DNA of 64,000 nucleotides from an uncultured Vampirovibrionales bacterium (GTDB lineage Bacteria; Cyanobacteriota; Vampirovibrionia; Vampirovibrionales; Vampirovibrionaceae): NCBI GenBank assembly GCA_964390635.1, contig CAYMIG010000004.1, positions 69,439 to 133,438 of the forward strand, read 5' to 3'. Shown piece by piece: positions 37,123 to 45,475 of this stretch (position 1 is its first letter; each line of letters starts with the position of its first letter). The notes under the pieces were generated by a model. It saw only the letters and a program-made list of their open reading frames with translations, ran no database searches and was not told where the DNA came from. The position numbers and the translations under genes were made by a program.

Positions 37123-38220
37123 GTGGATACGTCAAAGGTAGGTAGGAAAGTGGTAAGTAGTGCTAGCGCAACGCCGGTAACCCGGCGGGATAACCTGGAT
37201 GCCTGCTGCAAGCAGCCCCAGCGGTCGGCGGATCGAACCGGCGGTGTGTCCGGCGGCAATGCCGATAGCCGGGCCAACGGCTCCTCCCTGGCTGGCAGCA
37301 ACGCCTTGGGCACCCAGACCGCCTTCGACCAGCACAACCCGTTTTCGGCCACCGGCCAGCAGAACAACCCCAATGCCACCGGCCCCAACGGCAACCCGCT
37401 GGGTCTGGACGGCAACAACCTGAAGGCCTCCGGCGACAACCTGCTTGGCATGATGGCCACCGTGGTGACCACCATGATGATGGTGGTGACCACCATGATG
37501 CAGATGGTCTTTTCCCAGCTACAAAAATCCAGCCCGGCCAGCACGGCTTCGGGCAGCGGGATTACTTCCGCCAGCAGCCAGCCTGGCGGCAACCAGCCGA
37601 CCGGCGCCCCCGGTGGCGGAAATGGCCCGGATGCCAACGGCGCGGCCATTGCCACCGGCTCCAACCTGCCCGCTTCTTCCCTGGCCGAGCGCTTTTCGGC
37701 AGATCGGGTTTCCCAGTTGTATGCCGGTTCCGCCGCCCCCAACGTGCAGCAGTACCTGCCGCACATCCTGGGCGCCCTGAAGGAGCAGGGGATCGACGAT
37801 CCGCAGATGGCCCTCTACGCCTTGGCCACTATCAAGGTGGAAACCGGCAGCTTCAAGCCCATTAGCGAATATTCGGGAGGCTATGCCTACGAGGGCCGCC
37901 GGGATCTGGGCAATACCCAGCCGGGCGACGGGCACCGCTTCATGGGGCGGGGTTTCATCCAGTTGACCGGACGGGCCAACTACGAAAGCTATGGCCGCCA
38001 GCTGGGCGTAGACCTGGTGAACAACCCGGAGCTGGCCAACGATCCGCAAATTGCCGCCCGGGTGCTGGCCCTGTACCTGAAAAACCACGAAGGACGCATT
38101 CGCAGCGCGCTGGCCGCCGGCGATATGGCTGCCGCCCGCAAAGTGGTGAACGGCGGCACCAACGGCTTGCAGGGCTTTACGGAGGCTTACCGCCAGGGTC
38201 AAGCGCTGGGTCTGGTTTAA
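37123..38220 (+). CDS. Ser/Gly/Asn-rich and Met-rich (harpin-like) N-terminal module fused to a GH19 lysozyme/chitinase-like domain
   Basis: GTG start (uncertain). LLGMMATVVTTMMMVVTTMMQMVFSQLQ. C-terminal ATIKVETGSFKPISEY...HRFMGRGFIQLTGRANYESYGRQLGVDLVNNPELANDP matches the GH19 / predicted-chitinase (COG3179-type) signature. Confidence 0.8.
   Translation: MDTSKVGRKVVSSASATPVTRRDNLDACCKQPQRSADRTGGVSGGNADSRANGSSLAGSNALGTQTAFDQHNPFSATGQQNNPNATGPNGNPLGLDGNNLKASGDNLLGMMATVVTTMMMVVTTMMQMVFSQLQKSSPASTASGSGITSASSQPGGNQPTGAPGGGNGPDANGAAIATGSNLPASSLAERFSADRVSQLYAGSAAPNVQQYLPHILGALKEQGIDDPQMALYALATIKVETGSFKPISEYSGGYAYEGRRDLGNTQPGDGHRFMGRGFIQLTGRANYESYGRQLGVDLVNNPELANDPQIAARVLALYLKNHEGRIRSALAAGDMAAARKVVNGGTNGLQGFTEAYRQGQALGLV
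37462..37500 (+). repeat. 21-nt tandem duplication (about 1.9 copies) inside the Met-rich helix coding region
   Basis: GTGGTGACCACCATGATG-ATG-GTGGTGACCACCATGATG encodes VVTTMMM-VVTTMM. Confidence 0.9.
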
Positions 38221-38257
38221 TAACCCAGGCGGAGGCTCTTTACCACTTCTCTACCCT

Positions 38258-38719
38258 TTACCGTGGGGCAGGCTCGGGCGGCGCCCAGTCATCCACCGGG
38301 CCGTCTGCAATCCAGGTCAGTCGATCGGCCAGCCCGTCAAAGTCCCGCCGGGACACTTCCACGCTGCGGGTGGCAATGCGCTGGAAGTCGGCGGCCTGAA
38401 AGTGCTCTGCCGTGGCTGGCAGCTCACCCGGCTGCAGGGAATATTTCAGCCGGACGCTGTCGGGATCAACCCGGTACAGCTTGACGATAAGGTAGGTGGT
38501 GCCCACGGGCCGGGCCGGGTTTTGCATGGGCCGGGCTGGGGGCAGCAGGCCCCCTTTGAGTTCCTGGGGCAGGATCGCTTCCAGGCTGGTGGCATCCACG
38601 CTGTAGATGCCCCCGGCATGGGGGTTCCGAGCCAGTGGGCCGGCGCAGGCGGAAAGCAGAACCAGGCTGGCCGACAGGGCCAGGATCAGCAGGGAGCGCA
38701 GGGAAACGGGTTGGGTCAT
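38258..38719 (-). CDS. lipoprotein, unknown function
   Basis: Signal peptide with lipobox LLSAC (MTQPVSLRSLLILALSASLVLLSACAG). Confidence 0.6.
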   Translation of the reverse strand: MTQPVSLRSLLILALSASLVLLSACAGPLARNPHAGGIYSVDATSLEAILPQELKGGLLPPARPMQNPARPVGTTYLIVKLYRVDPDSVRLKYSLQPGELPATAEHFQAADFQRIATRSVEVSRRDFDGLADRLTWIADGPVDDWAPPEPAPR

Positions 38720-38726
38720 GGTGGCA

Positions 38727-39440
38727 TTACTCCTGTGGGCCGGATGGTGCGGAATCTTGGGGGGAGGGGGTTTCCCAGGGGCTGGGCCGTCTGTGCGCTG
38801 CCGGAGGGGCTTCTTCCGGGGGCGGGTTGACCCGGTTCAGATCGGCTAGCTCGGCCTCGCTGAGGGGCTGGTGGCCCATGCCTACCAGGGGGTGGGGAGC
38901 CTTTTTCAGGGCCTGCCGGTCAATGTGCCCCAGGCCGCCTGGCAGGGACACTGCGTGGTGGGTGCCGTCGGCCCCGATGGTCAGGCCAAAGCCCACCTCG
39001 GGATCCAGCACTTCCAGGCGGGCCGGATCCACCTGGGCGGGTCGCTCCGGGAACCGGTTGCTGTAAAGCTTGTAGATCACCTCGTTTTCCGAGGCCTGCA
39101 GAATCTTGATGACCCCATAGGGGTTTTCGGCTTGCAGCGCGGCATCAGCCTCCGTATCCGATGCCGTATTCGCTTCCTCGTCATCTTCCCCGGCGGCCTG
39201 GTCGGCGGCCTCGTCAAAAAACAGGCTCTCAAACTCCTCCTTCAGGCTGGGCTTGCCTGGCGGGTTGGCTTCTGAGGCCTTTGGCACAGGGTAGAGGGTT
39301 TGCGCCGGCTTCAGGTCGGCGACGAAAACGGTGTAAAGATCGCCGGCCTGGTAGTGGGCCTGGTGGCACCCTGCCAGCATGCCGGCCAGAACGGCGCAGA
39401 TGCCGACCATGGTTGCCTTGCGCCCCAAACTGCTTGTCAT
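38727..39440 (-). CDS. lipoprotein, unknown function (acidic linker)
   Basis: Signal peptide with lipobox MLAGC. 7-nt gap to the downstream lipoprotein gene. Weak resemblance between the two (LYTVFVADL vs IYSVDATSL). Confidence 0.6.
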   Translation of the reverse strand: MTSSLGRKATMVGICAVLAGMLAGCHQAHYQAGDLYTVFVADLKPAQTLYPVPKASEANPPGKPSLKEEFESLFFDEAADQAAGEDDEEANTASDTEADAALQAENPYGVIKILQASENEVIYKLYSNRFPERPAQVDPARLEVLDPEVGFGLTIGADGTHHAVSLPGGLGHIDRQALKKAPHPLVGMGHQPLSEAELADLNRVNPPPEEAPPAAHRRPSPWETPSPQDSAPSGPQE

Positions 39441-39560
39441 GCCCTGGCTCCTTGCATTTTGCCGTCGGAGGGTGCCCTTGTAAGGGCTGGGGACGGTTCC
39501 CCAAAGTGTAGCACAACCCCGGCGCCGGCGGGCATCGGTTTGGCCTGGGGAGGGGGCGCT

Positions 39561-40838
39561 TCAGGGCTGGGCCGGCAGGTATTTCAGGGAAACCGGCAGG
39601 GGGCCGCCTACAAAGGTGTAGCGGGGATCATGGGCTCTGGCAGGGTTGGCTGCCGGGCCGAAATCATATTCCAGCCCGTGGCGATCTACCAGGTAGGTCA
39701 CCTGGTAGCGCCCCCCCTGGCCCTTGACCTTGGTGAAGTAGCCGTAGGTTTGGGTAAAGAAGTGCAGGTAGGTGTTCTGCTTTGCGTCCAGGCGGTTCAG
39801 CAGCTTGCCTTGCTGGGGTGGGGTATACACCAGGGGCACCCCCTCTCCCTTGCCCGGATGGGTGTCGAAGATTTTGATCTGGAGGGTGGCCATCTTGCCT
39901 ACGCAATTGGTGTCGGCACTCAGCAGATCGCTGGGCGCGGGGATCATCAGCTGGTAGGTGCCCGCATAGCTGGGAGGGCTTGGGGGCTGGGGCTTGGCCG
40001 GCGCCTGGGTGGTGGTGGCGGCTTTTAATGGGGGTCGGGTGGGTGGCTGATCGGTTTTGGGGGCCTGTTTTTGCCCGGTAACCTGCTGTTTGCTGGCGGC
40101 GGTTTTCAGCTTTTTGGTGGAAGGGCCATCAGGTGCCTTGGCCGGCTTGGGGTAGGCCGGCACGTAGCCGGAGCCCGGCAGGGAGTCGTGTTGTTCCGTC
40201 CACAGGGAGAAAGGCGGGCCGGCATCGCTTTGCTGGTTGGGATCCTGGGCAATGATGTTGCGATCCACCGGGGACTGCAATGGGGGCTTGGGCCATGCGC
40301 TGCCCCCCGGGGACGGTTGTGGGGTAGGCGGTTGTCCCGGGTAAGCGTTGGGGTTTTCCAGCGGGAAGCCCGGGTAGCTAAGCGAGGGCGGTGGCTGGTG
40401 GTAGGGGGCGGGGGTCTCGCTGGCAGAGCCCGGCAAGGGGTTATCGCCCAGCTTTTTCCAGCACAGCACGTGCGTGTTGATGTTGCAGAGATCCAGCCCG
40501 CAATAGGCATACTGGTATCCGGGATGCCCGACCAGCTGGGCGGGCACCCTGACCGGCCCCGTGCCGAAGGTGGCGCTGATGCGCTGAATGGATTCCTGAT
40601 CCTTGCCGCAGCCCCGGTTTTTGTGGGCGAAGCGTCCGCGTTCGGCCTGGCTGGCGCCCAGCCCCACACCCAACTGGAAGGCCGTCCCCATCCAGTCGCC
40701 GCCGCTCATGTCGCTGAAGAAACCGCCCTCACTGGGCAGGTTTTCCCCGGTACGGACCCCGAAGTAATCCTGGGCCGGGGTCACCGAAGCCCACAGGCAA
40801 GTGGCCAGCGCACCAAAAATCCACCATGGTTTGCGCAT
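39561..40838 (-). CDS. secreted protein with a long Pro/Gln-rich linker, unknown function
   Basis: Start MRKPWWIFGALATCLWASVTPAQ (signal peptide). Cys-containing N-domain, Pro-rich spacer and C-terminal beta-rich domain. Confidence 0.6.
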   Translation of the reverse strand: MRKPWWIFGALATCLWASVTPAQDYFGVRTGENLPSEGGFFSDMSGGDWMGTAFQLGVGLGASQAERGRFAHKNRGCGKDQESIQRISATFGTGPVRVPAQLVGHPGYQYAYCGLDLCNINTHVLCWKKLGDNPLPGSASETPAPYHQPPPSLSYPGFPLENPNAYPGQPPTPQPSPGGSAWPKPPLQSPVDRNIIAQDPNQQSDAGPPFSLWTEQHDSLPGSGYVPAYPKPAKAPDGPSTKKLKTAASKQQVTGQKQAPKTDQPPTRPPLKAATTTQAPAKPQPPSPPSYAGTYQLMIPAPSDLLSADTNCVGKMATLQIKIFDTHPGKGEGVPLVYTPPQQGKLLNRLDAKQNTYLHFFTQTYGYFTKVKGQGGRYQVTYLVDRHGLEYDFGPAANPARAHDPRYTFVGGPLPVSLKYLPAQP

Positions 40839-40883
40839 CCTTCCATTTTGACGCAAACCGGGCCGGGAGCCAAGCGATTGCCG

Positions 40884-42137
40884 TCAGGAGGCGGGACTTT
40901 CGGGTTTGGGGGTGGCCTGCGGCGGGGAGCTCCTGGGGCGTGCCTGGAAAGCCCGATCGAGGGTTTTTGCGCAGTGCCGGCTCAGGCGTATGGCCGGCTC
41001 ATCCACCCAGCGGGCCAGCAGCCAGGCTGCCCCGAGGCATGCGGGGATGCAGATCGCAAAGATCACCAGCACGGCCCCGAACCGGGATAGCCCGCCGGCA
41101 ACAACCAGCCACAAGAACAGCGGGGCCCCCACGCTGTAGAGCACCGCCAGGTGGATCAGGTACAGGCTGAAGGAGATGCGTCCCAGAAACAGGATGGGGG
41201 GGCTTTCCAGCAACTTTTGCAGCCGGCCCTGGTACAATAGCACCCCAATCAGCGTGGTGGCCGCCACCACCAGCACCAGCCAGCGGCGATTCTCGATGGG
41301 CAGCCAGCCCAGTTGCCCGACCCAGGCATAGGCGGGGGTTTCGGTATAAAAGCTGAATGGGTGGGTGGGGATGGCCGCCAGGTAGAGCACCAGCGCCAGC
41401 AGCAACCCCTGCATGCCCGGTGACCGAAGCCAGCTCAGCCGGTTTTGCAGATGGGCCTCGCAGAGTACCAGTCCCAGGACAAAGGCCAGGAATAGGGGAT
41501 AACGCCACAGGCAGATGAGGGTGAGCAGGCCGTAAATCCACCAGCGGGCCTTTTGCCGGCCAAAAAACAGCAGCAGCCCAAACACCAGCACGGAGCCCAG
41601 CATTTCGATGTGCATGGTCCACAACACCGGGTTCAGGTCGTAGCGGATGCTCTGGAACACGTCCCATAACGCGTGGCGGATGATGGTCAGCCAGCCCATG
41701 GCGGGGGTAAACAGGGTTTCGGTATCCACCGCCCCGGTCAGGGCGCTGGCCTGCACCAACACGTCGCGGCTTATCATGCCGGTGGCTAGCAGCAGGCCGT
41801 AGATCAGGCTGGTGGCCAGAATGGGCAGAGCCAGCCGGGGGTAGCGCCGATAAATGGCTCGCCGCAAGAGGCCCTGTTCCCGGTGTTCGCAGTAGGGAAA
41901 GCCCAGCACAAAGCCGCTCAGCACAAAAAACAGGGCCACCGCAAAGCTGCCCGAGACAAAGCCATACAGCAGGCTGCCATGGAGCCAGCCCAGCTCGGCG
42001 CTGCCCAGCTTGTCCGGCCCGACCCCCATGATGGTGGCCGGCAGGAAAAAATAGAAGAAATGGAAAAAGACCACGGCCAGGGCCGCCAGGCCGCGCAAGC
42101 CATCCAGGTACAATACTCTGTCTTGCCGATACGCCAC
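40884..42137 (-). CDS. acyltransferase family 3 (OafA/YrhL-like) membrane protein
   Basis: GTG start. YLDGLRGLAALAVVFFHF, followed by about 10 TM segments, typical of acyltransferase_3. Confidence 0.85.
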   Translation of the reverse strand: MAYRQDRVLYLDGLRGLAALAVVFFHFFYFFLPATIMGVGPDKLGSAELGWLHGSLLYGFVSGSFAVALFFVLSGFVLGFPYCEHREQGLLRRAIYRRYPRLALPILATSLIYGLLLATGMISRDVLVQASALTGAVDTETLFTPAMGWLTIIRHALWDVFQSIRYDLNPVLWTMHIEMLGSVLVFGLLLFFGRQKARWWIYGLLTLICLWRYPLFLAFVLGLVLCEAHLQNRLSWLRSPGMQGLLLALVLYLAAIPTHPFSFYTETPAYAWVGQLGWLPIENRRWLVLVVAATTLIGVLLYQGRLQKLLESPPILFLGRISFSLYLIHLAVLYSVGAPLFLWLVVAGGLSRFGAVLVIFAICIPACLGAAWLLARWVDEPAIRLSRHCAKTLDRAFQARPRSSPPQATPKPESPAS

Positions 42138-42225
42138 GCCTATACGTCCTTGGGGCCCGGTGGGATGGATCGAACCGGCCGGGGGGGACAGCCTCCGGTG
42201 TACTGGAATTTCGCCAGGAAAAAAG

Positions 42226-42302
42226 TGGTCGGGATGACAGGATTCGAACCTGCGGCCCCTTCGTCCCGAACGAAGTGCGCTACCAAGCTGCGCTACATCC
42301 CG
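42226..42302 (-). tRNA. tRNA-Pro (anticodon CGG), CCA encoded
   Basis: Minus strand reads CGGGATGTAGCGCAGCTTGGTAGCGCACTTCGTTCGGGACGAAGGGGCCGCAGGTTCGAATCCTGTCATCCCGACCA. It folds into a cloverleaf with a 7-bp acceptor stem, a TTCGAAT T-loop and anticodon loop TT-CGG-GA. Confidence 0.95.
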
Positions 42303-42571
42303 ACGCTATCAATACACTATCATAAGGCGGGCGCAAAAACCAAGCCCCCGGCATAGCGGGGCTCCGGCATGCCCGCCCCGCTGTGGCCCGCTGGCGGCTG
42401 GCCTGCTTGCCGCACCGACGTGTCCGGTTGCGGGGCAAGCCCGCATGCAATTTCCTCCATTTGCAGTATCAAGCCCGGGGTTGGCGTACCGATACCATGC
42501 TTGTCAGCCAGCGCGGCTGACCCGCGAACGCAGATTTCCCACACCTCTCTCTTTCCCTGATGAACCACACG

Positions 42572-42597
42572 GTGCCTGATTCAGGCACTTTTTTTTT
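42572..42597 (+). terminator. strong intrinsic terminator on the plus strand
   Basis: GTGCCTG-ATT-CAGGCAC followed by T9. No annotated plus-strand gene lies upstream of it. Confidence 0.6.
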
Positions 42598-42601
42598 GCG
42601 C

Positions 42602-43729
42602 TCAGGGGGCCGAGCCGCGTTCGGCCAGCGTCTTGACGTGTTCCAGCACCCGGCGGTGGATGACATGCAGCAGGTGATCCGCCCACAGCCGGGCGTACCA
42701 GTTGATGGAGGAATGCACGGTATACTCGGTGGTGCCTTTCAGCAGCGTTCGCCCACCGGGCAGGGCCGTCAGATCGAAGCGTCCGTGGCGGTTGTCAAAG
42801 TACACCCCGCCCGGCATCACGTGGGGATCCACCCCGGTGAGGCGATCCTGGGGGCCCACCACGCTGAGCACGTCAAAGGCCAGCCGGTGCGGGGGCTGAT
42901 AGTCGGTCACCCGCTCGTTCAGCACGATGTTCTGGTTAAACTCGCAGGTGCGGTGGCACTGGGGCCCCTGACAGGCCAGGGTACTGACCTGGGGGGCGGG
43001 CAGGCCCAGCAGGAACCAGCCTTCGGCCAGATGGCGCGGGGGCTGGCCAGCGGGAATGGGGGAGAATCCGCCCACATGCCGAAATACGGTTTCCGGTGGG
43101 GCATTGATGATGATTTCCGTACTCACCCGGGCGGGCTCGGCCTGGCGCACCCAGCGGTTTTCAAGATATTGTCCGCTGCCGGGCAGCACCAGCACCAGGG
43201 CCAGGCACCACAGCACCGGGCGTCCGCTGTGGCGAGGTTGCAGGGCCCGCAACAGGGCATAGGCCAGGCTGGCGCCAATGACCGTAAAAAACAGGTAGAA
43301 GGGGGCGGCCATCAGCAGGCAGATAATGCCTTCCAGCAACAGCACGAACAGCACCAGCAGCTGCAAGCCGGCCAGAATGGCAGGCAGGCCCAGCCCCAGT
43401 TCCACGTAGCGGGGCAACATGCGGGATGCATCCCGTCGCCGGCCCAGGTACCAGTACAGCAACACAAAGAAAAACCCGTTCAGAAAAGGCCCCAGCAGTA
43501 CCGAAGACCAGCCCAGGATTTCGCTGTTGGCCCGACTGATGATTATGTAGGAGAGGATGGCGATCCCAATGGTGGCCAGCCCGGCCCGCAAGAAGTCTTG
43601 CTTGCCCTCAAACCGGCTTTGGCGGTATCCCACGGTGAGCCCGGTGAACAGGCCCACCACCAGCAGTACCCGCAGGACGAGCCAAGCCATCCAGAACGGC
43701 TGGTTCCCGTGTCCCCAGAAATCCTCCAT
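42602..43729 (-). CDS. membrane protein with a C-terminal SRPBCC (START/cyclase-dehydrase-like) domain
   Basis: Five to six N-terminal TM helices. C-terminal VSTEIIINAPPETVFRHVGGF...RLAFDVL...GRFDLTALPGGRTLLKGTTEY fits the SRPBCC pattern. Confidence 0.7.
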   Translation of the reverse strand: MEDFWGHGNQPFWMAWLVLRVLLVVGLFTGLTVGYRQSRFEGKQDFLRAGLATIGIAILSYIIISRANSEILGWSSVLLGPFLNGFFFVLLYWYLGRRRDASRMLPRYVELGLGLPAILAGLQLLVLFVLLLEGIICLLMAAPFYLFFTVIGASLAYALLRALQPRHSGRPVLWCLALVLVLPGSGQYLENRWVRQAEPARVSTEIIINAPPETVFRHVGGFSPIPAGQPPRHLAEGWFLLGLPAPQVSTLACQGPQCHRTCEFNQNIVLNERVTDYQPPHRLAFDVLSVVGPQDRLTGVDPHVMPGGVYFDNRHGRFDLTALPGGRTLLKGTTEYTVHSSINWYARLWADHLLHVIHRRVLEHVKTLAERGSAP

Positions 43730-43852
43730 ACGCGCCGTACCTCCCCGCTATGCTTCCACACAGCCTAACACGGGCATCCGGCGGGAACAACCGGGCTGGG
43801 GCCGTGCGCTCTTCGGCTTGCTCCCGGGCCGCTTTGATGCTAAACAGGTCTT

Positions 43853-44209
43853 ATGTTTGAAGTCATGGTTGAAAAACATTTCGCCGCCGCCCATCACCTG
43901 TTGAATTACCGGGGCAAGTGCGAAAACCCGCATGGCCACAACTACGTGGTGCAAGCCTGGGCCCGCCGGGAAACCCTGGACAAGGCCAACATTGCCTTCG
44001 ACTTTACCGTGCTGAAGGAGGCCCTGGGGGCGGTGGTGGACGATCTGGACCACACCGACCTCAACGTCAACCCGGCGCTCCAGGGCGAAAGCCCCAGCGC
44101 GGAATACATCGCCCGCTACATCTACCGGCGTATGAAGGCCCAGGTGCCAGAGCTGCTGAAGGTGTGCGTGTTTGAAACCCCCACCCAGTGCGCGGTGTAT
44201 TACGAATAG
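43853..44209 (+). CDS. queD: 6-carboxy-5,6,7,8-tetrahydropterin synthase
   Basis: FAAAHHLLNYRGKCENPHGHNYVV (Zn-binding His triad, catalytic Cys). 118 aa. Confidence 0.93.
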   Translation: MFEVMVEKHFAAAHHLLNYRGKCENPHGHNYVVQAWARRETLDKANIAFDFTVLKEALGAVVDDLDHTDLNVNPALQGESPSAEYIARYIYRRMKAQVPELLKVCVFETPTQCAVYYE

Positions 44210-44258
44210 CCGCCAACGCCATGGGCAGGCCACCGGGGCGTGCCGGGCGGTGTCTGGG

Positions 44259-44657
44259 TTAGGAGGCCTGGGCCAGGTCTTTATTTAGCCATTGCTGCTG
44301 GGGCACCACCGTGGCGTGGTTCCAGAAGTTTTCCAGCTGGTAGAACTGGCGTTCGTTGCGGTGCAGCACATGAACCACCACGTCGCCATAATCCAGCAGG
44401 CACCAGGTGCTGGATTTGTCCTTGTTGCTGCCCAGACGCTCCTGGCCCCGCTTGCGGAACGCCTGCTCGATTTCATCCACGATGGCGCGGATTTGAGCCG
44501 GGCTGTCGGCGGTGCAGATTACGAAGTAATCGGCCAGATAGGAGACATTGCCGGTATCCAGCACCAGGGTATCGGACGCCTTCTTGGATTCCGCCACGTT
44601 GGCGGCCAGGGCGGCCAGATCAAAGGCGCTGGCAGGTTGTTGTCTGTTCTGGGTCAA
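44259..44657 (-). CDS. rsfS: ribosome silencing factor RsfS (iojap family)
   Basis: VLDTGNVSYLADYFVICTADSPAQIRAIVDEI...WCLLDYGDVVVHVLHRNERQFYQLENFW. Confidence 0.93.
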   Translation of the reverse strand: MTQNRQQPASAFDLAALAANVAESKKASDTLVLDTGNVSYLADYFVICTADSPAQIRAIVDEIEQAFRKRGQERLGSNKDKSSTWCLLDYGDVVVHVLHRNERQFYQLENFWNHATVVPQQQWLNKDLAQAS

Positions 44658-44670
44658 AAGGGTTCCTCCT

Positions 44671-45300
44671 TCACTCGATGCGACGGTCGGCCTTCAGCCG
44701 GGTGATGAAGTCGTTGCGGGCCTCCATGGTCCGCGGGTGAATCAGTTGGTGCTTTTCCATCAGGAATTGCAGGGTGGAATCCAGGATATACAGCATGGTG
44801 AGATCCAGGCTCCAGGGCTTGGCGGGATCCAGGCTGGCGGTCATGCGTTGCACATACAGGGGGTTGCGGGTGTTGCCCTCAATTTTGTCGGCAATGTACA
44901 CCACTTTTTCCACGGCGCTCATGCCCGCCCGCCCGGTGGTATGGAAACGGATGGCGTTTAAAATGTCCTCATCCCCAATGTCGAATTCCCGCTTTACAAG
45001 TTCCGCCCCGGCAAACGGGTGCAGGGTTTGCGGGGTGCGCCGATCCCATTCCTCCAGCCATACCCCGTGGGCTTCGCAATAGGCCAGCAGTTCATCGGGG
45101 GGCATCAGCTTGGCGGCGTCATGCAGCAGCCCGGCCACGGCGGCCCGCTGGCGGTCTTCCAGGGGGAAGCGGAACTTTTCGGCCAGCTCCACCGCTTTTT
45201 CTTGGGCCCCTATCGAGTGTTCCAGCCGTTCCGGCGACAGGCGCTGGGCAAGCCAGGCTTTGGCGCGGTCAAGATCGATCAGTGCGGAGGTTGGACTCAA
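44671..45300 (-). CDS. yqeK: HD-domain protein YqeK (bis(5'-nucleosyl)-tetraphosphatase type)
   Basis: RLEHSIGAQEKAVELA...AGLLHDAAK...HPFAGAELV...AIRFHTTGRAGMS...VYIADKIE. Directly upstream of rsfS, the usual yqeK-rsfS arrangement. Confidence 0.9.
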   Translation of the reverse strand: MSPTSALIDLDRAKAWLAQRLSPERLEHSIGAQEKAVELAEKFRFPLEDRQRAAVAGLLHDAAKLMPPDELLAYCEAHGVWLEEWDRRTPQTLHPFAGAELVKREFDIGDEDILNAIRFHTTGRAGMSAVEKVVYIADKIEGNTRNPLYVQRMTASLDPAKPWSLDLTMLYILDSTLQFLMEKHQLIHPRTMEARNDFITRLKADRRIE

Positions 45301-45475
45301 CGATGGGCCTTTATTGCTGACACTAATGGGAGGTGTCGGTGGGGTGCCCCACTTTCACTTTTGTATTATAGCCGTTCCACGCTGGAATTGCCATCCTCCG
45401 CATGGGTAAATGCCGGGGTGCGCCGGGTTTGGCCCCGGGCCCGCCGCAAGCGGCCATGGCGCGGGGCGGAGGCCC

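Noticed and set aside
42369-42560. 63-aa ORF in the tRNA-Pro-proximal intergenic region.
   Set aside because: The translation (MPAPLWPAGGWPACRTDVSGCGASPH...) is Pro/Gly/Cys-rich and not protein-like, and it has no Shine-Dalgarno sequence. The region is better explained by the RNA hairpins.
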